Shown: positions 26,851-38,604, counted from the whole stretch's first letter. The stretch is 63,917 nucleotides of DNA, filler included, from Perkinsus olseni (GCA_013115125.1; 6 parts of 6 records of this genome joined end to end with filler, not necessarily neighbours in it), one strand, 5' to 3'. Numbers and translations: made by a program. Notes: generated by a model not told the origin, from the letters alone.

Positions 26851-27857
26851 GAGTACGTTTTCAGTTTGAGTTTGTGGGGTGGAGATCTCTTAGCGTTTCT
26901 GAATGATTACCGGAAACTGCAGAGGAAGCGAGCAGGCGGCCGCGACGTCATTTCGAAGGGGAGAAGAACTGACTACGCTTCTTATATTGATATCTAGTAT
27001 CATCTACATATATATAAATTTGCAGTTATGAATATTAATATAAACTATGGTAATTATTGGTAATATTAATATTTTATTAATCTATTATTAACATGTATTA
27101 GTAAATCTTAATATTAATACTTTATATAAATCTGTACGCAATGAGTGCGGATAATCATTTCTGATTTTTCGCGCGTCTGTCGTCTGCCAAATTTGGCTTT
27201 CGCCTTGTGAAACGCGAGATGGGTTTTCTATATTTCTCCGAAACTTGGTTGATTCTGAGATTTACTTTGGTGTAGAACTTGGCAACATTTTTTGGTTGGA
27301 ATTTTGACTTTCGTTTCGTGCGTCACAACGCTAGTGTGTACACAAGGCCGGAAGGAATCCAACTTCAGCGTGGAGAGCACGCGTCGACCTAAGATACCAA
27401 CCCAGCGCTTTGGACGGGATATGTGCGCAGCCGAAAGACTAACTGAGAATTGTCGTTCCCGTGGATGCTGGTGTCGGCGTATCTTAGGTTGATCCAGGTA
27501 CTCGACAGGTCGGAGTAGTGGCTTCACGGAATCTTCCAGTGTCCCTATGAGATCGAGGAGCGCAATCGGATTGCGATCAGCACGCCGTCGGGAAGGCCGA
27601 GGCTGACCCTGCACACTCTTCAACTCATTCGTCCATGTTGTTCAGCGTTGGTGTTATTTTCGAGTTGGGTTGAAAAGAACGGCGGAGCGAAGCAAGTTTT
27701 GATTCAGCTCAGTTTCTCGGTGTGGGCGAGTTTAAAGTCTAACGCCTGCGTCAGAACGGCTTAGTTAGAGTAGCATCCCCGACGTACCATCTGAGGGGGA
27801 TTCGTGCTGTCTGCTCGATAGGCTTCGTCCATCGAGCCCAAGATCGTTTCTCGAAAT

Positions 27858-29023
27858 ATGGCTGATGGTCTCAGAAGCCTATCAGAATCACAGCGGCAAC
27901 AGTGCCGACTTGCTTTCAAGTTCTTGGATGAGGAGAGGTGCGAACTGCGCCAATAACAGATAATCTAGTCGCTGTGGCTTGGGCTGTCTCCGGCGCTTCC
28001 GTATAGAAATTCCGTATATCAGTAATTGTTATTTGTTTCTCCCGAATTATTTTCGATATTCATCTTTTTTCTGATTCTTTTATCATTGACAGCTCATCTG
28101 CGTGCGAGTTTAAAGTCCGACGCCTACCACAGTACGGCTTAGTAAGACCAGCATCACCGACGTGCCGTTCTGAGGGGCTCATGTATCCGTTAAAATTCTT
28201 GAATCTAGAAATATCGTAGCATTTTATATGGGTTTTCATATCACGGAGATATCATCTCCATGAATTTGTGTGCACCTAAGGACAAAAATGGAACTCTTAT
28301 TCGTAGGAGCGGGGTCCTTCAAGTGAAGACGAGCCTCGGTCATTTTACCCGATTGGCTGGCTTTTGTCCCAGTGAACAGCAGCTGAGAGAACTGATGGAA
28401 AAATTGGAAGATCGGAAGGTAGACGATTAAACGGTCATTTCAAGATTAGTGTAGTTTGTACAACTACGTAGTCCCGAACTCGGGAGAGCTTCGCTCCGCC
28501 TTTTTTAGATTCGCTGTTTGAATTCCGCCGAGGCCGTTGACGTTGTGTGTGAGGAGCTGTTGCCTCTTGGGTGCCACTCGATGGACATGTTCGACTCGAT
28601 TCAGGAGGCCTTGAAGCTTTTGGACTCCTCTCACCTCGACGGTAGGCGATATTTCGCGCGCCACGAAATTATCGGTGGGGATGCTTAGTTCCTCAGAGAT
28701 GCCGAGCGGGCCTCCGAGTGACATTGTGTCGTTGGCGAGGCTTCGCTCCGCCTTGGTATCTTGTGATGACGAGCGCAGCGCGAAGGATTTTGATAGAATG
28801 CTTGAAGAAATGGGATACAGTGGGGATGAGGAGGTAAGTTGGAGCGTTCCCGCGCGCCACGAAATTAGTTCGGTCACATGCTGCCGTACTGGGTTTCAAT
28901 TCGGGTTGTCTCTATTCAAACCCTTCTCACCAAGGTTGATCTGTTCCTCCTCCGAGAAAAAATATCTTTTTTACCTTCGTTTTAGTAGTTGTAGGTTGGG
29001 CTCACAGTGGACGAGGTAGAGTA
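27858..29023 (+). CDS. Calmodulin/centrin-like EF-hand protein, spliced
   Basis: MADGLRSLSESQRQQCRLAFKFLDEER|SGVL...RLAGFCPSEQQLRELM... DSIQEALKLLDS... LRSALVSC...DFDRMLEEM mirrors the calmodulin layout; 3' end uncertain. Confidence 0.65.
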
Positions 29024-29502
29024 GATAGTCGAGATTCTTGTCGTTTGTACGCATAATGCCAAGCTCTGAACTTAGTTCTAAGAAGTTACTTATCTCGACT
29101 CGAGAGAACCGGGATTAATAACGCCAAGCTAGGGGGATGAAGATAGTCATCACACGGTTCGATTGCGTTACGTGGACAGGGCGGTGTTTTGAGAATGACA
29201 GTCCCTAGGCCACCCCTCCTCCTGGGGATCGCTTTTTCACGGAATCGTGAGGGTTGACGAATGGATCGCCTTTAAGGGAGTTATGATAATCATTCTCGTT
29301 GAAGGGACGTATCAGGTGGATGTCTACGGACTTGGAGAGAGGCTTTTAGGGTTGACAGACTGAGCGTGCACCACAATGAAACTTGTGAAAGTTGTGGTAT
29401 GGCATTGTGTACCAGTGATAATAATATCGTACAAGAGCAATCATGCAAGAGGTTGGCAGTTGTTCAGAGCTAGTCCTGAATTCACTGGCAACCTTGAGAA
29501 CG

Positions 29503-29797
29503 AAAAAAGCGGAGCTCCGCACAAAGTCTCGGGTTCGAACCCCAGTCCAGGCTTTTTTCCGAATTTTTTCGGGTTCATCTACAATGGTCCACGACGGTTT
29601 TGCTCGGTAGAACGGGGATGAGAGCGATTTTGTATTTTTTATAGAATATACAAACCGCCTGCTTTCGAATGGTATGTGTCTCGCGAGTTGAATCGACATA
29701 GTCGTGGAGAAATAATTTGAACGAACGAACGAACGAACGCACAAAAAAGCGCAGAAGTGACAGTATATGCTCCGCTCGCTTCGCTCGCTCCGCAATT
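29503..29797 (-). mobile_element. Non-autonomous Helentron-associated (HINE/DINE-1-like) element
   Basis: On the minus strand: 5' GCGGAGCGAGCGAAGCGAGCGGAGC, a (CGTT)n microsatellite (29719-29739), a core, and a 3' palindrome GCGGAGCTCCGC (29509-29520) followed by a T run; T-rich flanks. Confidence 0.6.
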
Positions 29798-30399
29798 ATG
29801 AGTTTAAATACTCGTACGAGTACAACAGTCAAGGGGCACGAGTAGACGGAGATATCGGCACGCTAGGCTCATTGGGAGTCTCCAGTTATAAAGTGGATGA
29901 CGGCTGATCGCCCGTCAGAAGCGAAGGACGCAGACGCGCTCGTACGGGAGCGCGTGGGGGTCGTGAAGATGATTATGATACGAAGTGAGGCGATGGGGGC
30001 CCCATTGCCATCAGTCATCAAGGCTTTGCAGCAGCAATACTCTTCGTAGCCGGGCCAATCGAAAGTTCAACGTCACATACCAAGGGAAACGTTGAAGGCA
30101 TGAAGTCCTGTCCTTTGCGGGGAGTAGAAGTATCACCCTGGTTCAGGTCCACGAAATGGAAGTACGCAGGTGTTCTCCCCTCAGATAGGTGATCTGGTTT
30201 GTTATGTTTTTGCTGCTGTGCAATACAGCTGGGAGCCCTCCCCTCCGGCCTGGCTGTGTATCAGGGAGGGTTCGGGTGTGGAATGAAGATGTTGGTTACT
30301 TGACAAGGGAAAGTAAACTCATCATTGTCATAACTCGGAAGGCAACAGCACGAGCTTAGCATTCACAGCAACAGCCGACAGCATCCATGTGGGAATCCA

Positions 30400-31421
30400 T
30401 AAGCTCACCAATAACCGCTTTTCTTCACTTTTTCGACGCAGCCTGGCGATCTTCCTTCGTGGGGACGTACTTGTACTGAGAGCTCTCACCCTCCTTTTTA
30501 CCTGAAGAAAAAACAGAGCGAGAGATTAGAACTCGGACCCTTCTTCTTCTTTCCAATAGCTGCTGCGCGGCCTGATTGCCTCTCGGCCGCCTTCACGCCA
30601 ACCAGATAACCGAAACCCGGGCCTCCGCGAGGGGACCCCGGCGGAATGAAGTCAGGATGCAACCCTCGACGGACCCCATAGAACTCTCAGGACAGGCGAG
30701 TCGTCCAGTGGCCCTCACCGTTTTCCAATTCGAAACCTGCTTGCTTCACCGCGTCCTCATCTCGCGTCTTGACGCGGATGTAAATTGAACCAACTTGTGG
30801 GTTGTTACGCACGATCTAAAAAGATCGATCGCGCTAGTCTTCTGGCGAGCATACTTACTTGCTTCTGACAGTACTTGAAGAGCTCGGATAACTTGGACCG
30901 CCATGACGAGCGCATGTTAAAATTATCAATCTGGGCCTTGCTGGTGAAGGCGGCATCATCGTCTTTCTTGCCATTTTCTTCTTCCTCGGGACTCATGAAA
31001 ACATCATCGTCACCAATGGCATCATCGTCGTCGTCGTCGTCGTCGTCTGTCTGGGGCTTCTCCACGGGTCTCGCGAGACTTCTAAGAATCATCAGAGGCC
31101 TTCGGAAAGACGCCCCGCTCTGGCAACCTTACTTTGAGATTATATTTTTTGACGAGATGCTGTACTCGACTTAGCCGATGACTCTCTAAAAGGAAAAACA
31201 CTCGGCATTTCAATCGTCGATTTTTCTATTCCAGCGTGTCCCCCTAATCGCACCTCCCCATCCATGGCTACGCACCCAGGGCGTCTCAGTTTCCTTCCCG
31301 AGTAGGTGTCAGCCTTGGCAGTTTCCCCGAAAGTGAGCTCTGTTCCGCTCACTGAGCTCGTTCTGGCCGCGGCGTCAACAGACCACTTCAGACAGCCCAG
31401 GAGAACAATCGTTAGTCGCAT
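30400..31421 (-). CDS. Hypothetical secreted protein, multi-exon (3' end uncertain)
   Basis: Signal-like N-terminus MRLTIVLLGCLKWSVDAAA; acidic exon (poly-D) at ~30860-31085 bounded by splice sites. Confidence 0.4.
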
Positions 31422-32082
31422 AGTTTGACGAATGCGCGGAATTTGGCAGAATTGGAAGTGGAAGAAAATTTTCGGGCAGCGGGCGCGGCTCTGTTTCTCT
31501 GGGGCAAGCCATTCTCGTGATTTTGGCTGAGTCGGAATTATTATCGAGAACGCGTAAGCTCTGGGAGCTCCGCAGTGCAGGGGTTCCCCCTCACCCTCAC
31601 GCGGAGCCGATGCCCTCCCGTACGACGCTTCCTCTCCGGGTTGCTCTTGCCAAATCGGGAAGGAGAATTGAAAACTTCCCGAGTCCCTCTATGAGTCTCG
31701 AAGAATGAAGTTTCCTGGCCAGCCGGGATCACGTCCGGGCCACCAAGTGGTCGTTGAAAAGCCGGGCGCTTTACTCACCGGTCGAGTCGGGTAAGGTGGC
31801 CCTGACCTGATACAGCAGCTTGGGGGCTACACTGCCCCACTGATAGTATGCTCGAAACAGAGCTTGCCAGTATGACTACCCCTCCTGCCAGGCCAGGCGT
31901 CACCCGGCATGACGTATGGCGGCTGGGCGAGAATGAGCTTATAGTGAGTCAAGTACAGCGTGTCACCACAGAGGGGGGCGGTGGTGGGGAGGAACAGGCC
32001 GGATAACAGGATGCAACAGATTGATGGCAGATCTGTGATGTCTCTGGCAAGCTTTTTTGAGTACGCTTAGCATCGACCTCGG

Positions 32083-34393
32083 ATGCCCAAACGACGCCTG
32101 TTGAAGAGGACGCCATCATCCAGCCCGGATGATTCAAGGCAGTCACCTCTGAAGCGGCGTCTGAGGAAAGGCAGCTTAGTGGCAGGGAGAAGCGACGAAG
32201 AGCTTTCTGGCGAAGAGGGGTGGGTCAGGGAAATGGGAGATGATAAATCAAATGGTTCAAACGGCTGGTTTGTTCGTTGTTTTCATACCACTCCTTCGTG
32301 AAATCGTCCGGAGACGTTCTCGGAGGGTTACGCCACTGGGAGGATGATAACCGCGGTTCAGCCATGCGCCGCATCATGGCAGATCCTCGTCCTCGTCGTC
32401 ATCATCCTCCGACGAGGACAGCTTTTCTGGGGCTCCCAATGCACCACACCACATCCCACCCACCAAGCGGCGACGGGGAGATGGGTCACCGAGGTAGGCC
32501 CTGAAGCGTCGTGACCAGTGGATTCCCGGGATTTTTGATCGGATTGGGGGGCGCCGATGCAGATTCAGCTCGACGTGTTTTTTCGCCTCTTGAAAGGAGA
32601 ACGCTCTTGGCCGCTAGAGCTTGACGATTGTCATGATTCGTCTCTAGAAAGTCCAGTACCAGGTTGCCTTGATCTGGTGCCGGTCCACATCGTCCACCTC
32701 TCCCCTACTGTTGGTTTTTCAACCATCAACGCCTTCCAGTCGGTATCTCCTTCAGACGACTGTCGGTATCCGAGGTGAAGGGAGAGTTCAAGTTGAGGAA
32801 GCTGGCGAGTAAACGGAATGATGAGCCGGTGTCCGAGGACGACAGCTTCTTGACTGATGATGATGATGACTTTATTAATGATGATACTTCTGAGGAGGAC
32901 GAGGAGGCCGCCGGTGGTTGGACAAGTGAGTCTTCCGTACGAGGCTTTGTATCGATCGTGGAAGTCTGGAAGAATCTTAGGTTGACCCTGGCGTATCGTG
33001 GAATTGCGGAAGAATCTTAGGCTGACCCTGGCTTAGCGTGGAATTCTGGGAGAATCTTAGGTTGCTGGATGATTCACCTCCCTACTTCTCACACCTTTTC
33101 TCCCTTTTATGGGCGGCCGGAATTTTTTATCGAAAAAAATCGGGAAAATTTCGCTGGCGTGTAGGTGGCGATGAATCGGCGCCCGATGTGGCTGTCTACC
33201 ATCTGATCGACGAGAAGATGGACGAGGAACGAAGACGACAGCGGCAGTCTGCTGGCCTTACGGTCGGGGCGAAGATCAGATCTCCTGAGATAGTGAGCTG
33301 GGATGAGGACAACCGTCACTGCGCCACGAAATTATGGCCTGCCAGGCGTTCTACGAGTACTTGGAGTACTTGACGGTCTCTCTGTGCGAGCCCACGGCGC
33401 AGATGAATGAGAAATACGCGGCGTCGGTGAAGCGAGTTGAGGGGGAGTTGGAGCAGGCGAGGGCGGCGAGGAGCACCACTGCCTGGGACTATCATGGAGG
33501 TTGGGAAGGGGAGTGATTGTGTGGGCCACGCGATAAACCGCTGAAAAAATCTCGGCAGGTCTCTACCGCCGAGGGCTCGATCTCTATCCCGATCTGCTTA
33601 GTAGACCTACGCAGACCACCGAGGAGAGCACAAGGCTGCTGAGAAGGTGAGGGCGTGGGTTCGATTCCAACGGTCGGCATTTTGTCGTGCTCTCAGAGAG
33701 GAGGATCGCTGTTTCGCCTGCAATCAGCGACGATGGAAACTAGACGCCCGTCTGAATGGGCGAATGTGCGACTCCAGGCGAGTGTGGCAAGGCGATATCA
33801 AATAGTAAGCACGATATGGAGGGCATCGCGGCTCTGGCTAGTGTGCTGTCTCCAGTTGGTATCGTTGCTACGGAGTGACACCGTTAATGTCACCGAAAGC
33901 AGAAGTGGGTGTCATCCCACCTGAACGCTCTTCGTCTAGCGACACCTCCGACGACGATGATGATGTTGAGGTAGACGAGAAAGTTGAGGAAGTTCGGCGG
34001 TGGATGGTAGACAATTGGTTTCATCTGGGAAGAGTTTGTCGGAAAAACTCAGAGGACTATCAGTGAGCGCTGCTGAGTCGCCAGTGGTCGAGTATATCGA
34101 ATTTGGCAGGTTTCTACAACATTACAAAGAGAGACTGATTTTCCGTATCTACTTTAAGCTAAAGGACGCTTGCACGATCACTAAGACGGAGATGGCGTTG
34201 GCGATACTTAATAAAGATGATAAGAAATGGAAACAATGGAAGGTGGGCGGCCCTGGTGCAGCCAGTTGGAGTTTGTTGTTCTCAGACTGCTCTGTTCGAG
34301 GAGTATGCAAGAGTTACTGACAGTGCCTTCAATGCTGCTGAATACAAGCGGGTCCGCAACGAGGTGATGGTTGATAAATTCGCTAAAGAATAA
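32083..34393 (+). CDS. Acidic/basic hypothetical protein, CCDC82/DUF4211-like C-terminus, multi-exon
   Basis: Exons include DDDDFINDDTSEED, AFYEYLEYLTVSLCEP...YAASVKRVEGEL and WFHLGRVC...YQ|FLQHYKERL; ends ...VDKFAKE*. The family call is from memory of the motif pattern. Confidence 0.45.
32958..33065. repeat. ~40-bp tandem repeat x3 (CGTGGAA.T..GGAAGAATCTTAGG.TGACCCTGGC)
   Basis: Three imperfect copies, each containing a TCTTAG|G acceptor-like site. Confidence 0.8.
33588..33679 (+). pseudogene. Degenerate tRNA-like sequence (Leu/Ser-like 3' half)
   Basis: GGCGTGGGTTCGATTCCAACGGTCGGCA followed by TTTT (T arm + acceptor 3' strand); CCCGATC could be the 5' acceptor strand; D and anticodon arms not recognisable. 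Confidence 0.35.
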
Positions 34394-34467
34394 TCAGATG
34401 ACGTTGAGGGACTTTGTTGAAGCAAATGCTGTTTCAAATTGGGAGACTGTTTTTGTCGTTCGAGAAA

Positions 34468-34525
34468 AGTCGCTACCCGGATTTGAACCGGGGTTGTCAC
34501 GGCCACAACGCGACGTCCTAACGAC
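34468..34525 (-). tRNA. tRNA-His(GTG) lacking the D arm (probable pseudogene)
   Basis: GTCGTTA-GGACG-TCGCG TTGTGGC CGTGA-CAAC-CCCGG TTCAAAT CCGGG-TAGCGAC followed by TTTT; acceptor, anticodon and T stems all pair. Confidence 0.75.
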
Positions 34526-36390
34526 GCAGTTGGCAGTTGGGCAAAACTGAGGGAAGAGAGGGGAAGAAGGGGGAAAGAAAAGAAGGAGAAAGAGGGAAGG
34601 TGGAGAAGAGTGTTGAGTATATTCCGTTGACTATCTTGCTCGGTTGAGAAGCTACGCTCAGGCTAATTTTCTTGGTTCCTGACAATAAGACAGAATAGGG
34701 AAGATTCGACCGTTGCATTCAACACGGCAAAACTCGGGTATTGCATTCTCAATCAGTCAGTCCCCGACAGAAGGGAGGAACTCGCGCTCTATGAACTCAG
34801 AGCCCAACAGCATTACACTTGGGATACATAAAGAGCAAATACGGCGGTCAGCTTTTGGCATTGGGGACTTCGTTGAAGGTGGAGTGCATGTATTGATAGA
34901 TCAACTCAACTTCGAGGATCAGGAAGAAAAAACAAAAAGAACTACAGGGTGTTCCAATTCGATATGCAAATCACAAAAATCAGTCTAATTCAGCACATAC
35001 TACGTGTTTGANNNNNNNNNNNNNNNNNNNNNNNNNNNNNNNNNNNNNNNNNNNNTTAATTAATTAANNNNNNNNNNNNNNNNNNNNNNNNNNNNNNNNN
35101 NNNNNNNNNNNATCGGGGTACCCACGCAGTGGGTCGATCGGGCCACTCAAAAAGCATCTCTCATGAGCCTCCGGCTTCTCGGCGCACCGTTTGGTGATGG
35201 ATATTGGGTCTACCGCGCTTTGACTCGATCGTCTCCGAATGCGGTGTGAGAGTCAGAAAATTTCTCCCCTTAACAGTGTTAAGTTAACACGCGCCCTGTC
35301 AACCTCGAAACGTCACGTCTCAGACGTGGGAAATGGCCTCTGTAAGAGCTTTTGCGAGCACCGTCCGAAATTCCTCGCTGGTATGGAAATGAAGTTTAGT
35401 ATGCTTCGAAGACCTCTCAAATTACTACAGCCAAACGCCGCGAAGCTTTCTCTTGCTACCACTTCGCCTTACCATGCTAAAAGGTAAGGTTTTTTGATCC
35501 ACATCGAGCGTCTCGCTGCAATCCTCTTGTGTTGTGCCATTCGGGGGTATCTGGTATCTGGTGACATAGGACTCAACACACAGGAAGAGACGGACTAAAA
35601 CATCTAAAGCACAGCATCTAAATCCAACCAGAGGAAGTGTCTCGTCTCGAGCACAGCGGAGCGAAGCGGTGTCATCATCTTGGTTTCCATGATGATGCCC
35701 TCGCGCGCTGCGTGACGGGGAGAATCGATCGAGCTGGCAGTGTCCCGTATCGGGCGGGCACCCCCGGCAACTTGACGGCCGGGCTGCTCTCAAAGCTCGT
35801 CCCTGAAACAAGAAAGCGATCATTCCTTCGCAAGACGACCACAACCGTCCTATTGATCGACGCCTAGCCAGCTGAGTGGCCCATGAGCGATCAGAATCTA
35901 CACCGTGTCGCCGTACCTATGCATGCGTGCAACTAGCCTGCGCGGGCAAGCTAACATCTCAAAGAGGACAAGGCCAGTCGATGGCCTTCTGAGGGGAGTG
36001 ATGATCCGTAGGATCCAGCCTCTAATAGGAGACATCAGGCTGTGGTATTTCGGGGGACCATGGCTGTAGGTTGACGAGTAGGGCTCCTACCCTCGGGAAA
36101 AGAGCAGTGGAGCAGAGTCATGGGCGCACGACCTGTGCGGGCGTACGCACGAACTGCTAGTTTCTTCCAGCACAGTAGTTATACCCCTCCTCGTCAATCC
36201 TATTTCCCGTTCAACGAGAGCGTCCTAACTCCACATTAGCTGCAACATGCGAGTACGTCGCAGCGCTGCACCGCAAGCCAATCGGGCGACTGCACAGAGC
36301 TGCAAGTTTTACTCTCCGCAGGCCCTATCCTCTCACATGACAAAGTTAACACAGTTGGGAACGGCTAGAAACATGCTCATACTTTGGCCA

Positions 36391-38503
36391 CTAAACTTGA
36401 AGAATTTCGACGATACCATCCTTCATTCTCAGCCGCTCGTCGACAAGTAGTTGAATCGCCTCAGGGTACGCCTCCCGCTCCGCGACCATAACCCTGTCCC
36501 GCACTGTCTCCCACGTGTCGCTAGAGGAGACTTCGCAAACCTGAAGCGCCCAAGCTGCCCAAGGACCGAGTCAGTGGACGACAATTCCCAGATGCGACAG
36601 TGATTTCATCAGCCATTCATTATTCGAGCAAGCGAACTGGCCAACCAAACTTGGACGACGCAAGTGTACGGGTCTTCGACTGCGAGCCCAAGGTGATCAG
36701 TCCTCGACACGGCCGAAGTTCTACTGTCGGCGACATCGTTGGTGTCGGACCGGGAGGGCCTCGTCTCCTACCCGACCGCCCTACCCGCTGCAGTATGATC
36801 GGCCCAGCATCGTATTCGTTAGTAACAAAATGAACTGTACAGCCGGTGACCTTGACGCCCCTCTCAACCACAGCTCGGTGTACGAGGTCGCCGTACATAC
36901 CCTCGCCGCTGAAGGCTGGTATGAGCGAGGGATGCACCTACCGGGGGCATGAGGGGTCGTGCCCAGGGACGAGGAAACGCAAAAGAAGCTAGGCCACATA
37001 TCGAGGAATTTACAGGGTGAACTGATTCGTTATGCAAATCGCAGGAATTGAGATCCCACCGTCCGGTAGAAGGTTCTACACGTAAAAGTTGGAAAGCTGA
37101 TGTTTTTGAAGATAGGGATTCACTGACCCGACAGGTAACTATTCACAACTCAGGCGCCCGTGCTTATCTCTTCATCCTGGTGAACTGTATTCCTGTACGA
37201 GGATAATCTATTCAACTCCCACTGGGCCATTCCACCCCATCCTCCCATCGTGCACAGATCGATCGTGATGCGGTATGAGGCAAAGGTCGACGAAAGATGG
37301 TACTGGCAGCGTAGCACTCTGACTAGCACAGTCGTAGGCGCGAGGAGCCCTCCTTGGTGTCCCGTCGCGTGTTGCTTCGTATCATGTTAGAGCACTTGTT
37401 AGTAGGGCCGTCCAAGTTCGGCGCGCCAATGTATATGCGAACACATAAGGAGTTGACCGATCATTACGGGTTAGTTATCCTCGTAGTTGCCCCTTTTCAT
37501 ATATTGACTCTTTTCGGCCTATCGTGTTCGTCAATCGCGGACTGGTCCTATCATCGTTAGTGCTCCTACGGCTCCCCTCACATATCTGCATACCGGAATG
37601 GTGCACTTGGGGCGCGCGAGATCCACTTCGCGCTCTCCAACGGTGAAGCTATGAGTATGTGAACTTGTCCGCGATTTGCATAACGAATTGGTTCAGCCTG
37701 CAGGCGATGCAACCAACAAGAATACCCGAGAGCCGACTACGCTGAGCCCGGCGCCCTCGAGAAGGAGCTCCGGCGGTGAAATCGATGATGGCTCACATTC
37801 AAGCATCTTCCAGTTTGCCAAGCAGTCGGCAACTTGTAGAGGCACATGTAGCCAGCCAAGACGAGTATGTCGGGTTTGAAAGGGATGAGGGCCTCTGTGA
37901 CCGCTTTAGACATCGCCTCCCAGTCTGGTGCAGTCTTGTTACAACCAGACCCTGCGGAGATCTTACCTAATACCGAAGCATTCCGGAGAACTGTACTCGC
38001 CACTTGCAACGCCGTGAGTGGACGAGGTAACGTCAAAATCATGCGAGAAATACGACGAAGAGCAGTACGATATTTCCTGGACTCAACCAGAACGGTCGGT
38101 ATCCCATGCTTCTTGGCTCTCTCCAGGCCTCCCGCGTTGGAACGAGAGGATAATACCACACCAATCTCCGCGCCCCGCAATGAGCCACTGAAAAACGGAA
38201 GCGGCCGGGAAGTTGACAGGAGGCAGTGGACGTCTCGAACTCCTCAAAAGCAATCAATTTGTATGCAGGAAAGGCCCGAGCGCGCCAGCTTCAACAGCGA
38301 TCGATCGTGAAGATGTGAGTGGGGAGTTCGGGGCGTCAGGGGAGAAGGGAACCGATAAAGAGCTCATCCCCGTCCACGGCTGAATGTCGTAAGCCCGTAG
38401 ATCATTACCTTTTAATTCGGTCAATGAGGTTTTGCAGAGTGGTGCCGCTGCCGGATAACAGTACCGCAAGACGCTTGGGAGCGGCCGTAGTGGCTTGGGA
38501 CAT
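36391..38503 (-). CDS. purN: Phosphoribosylglycinamide formyltransferase (stand-alone PurN/GART), 5 exons
   Basis: MSQATTAAPKRLAVLLSGSGTTLQNLID... VVLSSR...GLERAKKHGIPT... ILVLAGYM... CLN|VHPSLIPAFSGEGMYG...GVKVTGCTVHFVTNEYDAGPIILQR|VCEV...VAEREAYPEAI; catalytic N-H-D motifs present. Confidence 0.92.
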
Positions 38504-38604
38504 GAACGAAGAGACCTGCTAGCGTAGTGCTCACCAGCGATCAGCGCCTGGGGAACCACCAAACCCAACAAAGACCACGATGACACGAAGGACAACATGC
38601 AGTA

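Noticed and set aside
27705-28180. TPP riboswitch, SL RNA or RNase MRP identity for the duplicated element
   Set aside because: Lacks the TPP CTGAGA/ACCTGAT core and the spliced-leader sequence; far too short between the AAAGTC and GGGGCTCA words for MRP.
29522-29556. GGTTCGAACCCC as part of a tRNA gene
   Set aside because: No matching 5' acceptor strand, D arm or anticodon arm; it lies inside the HINE-like repeat.
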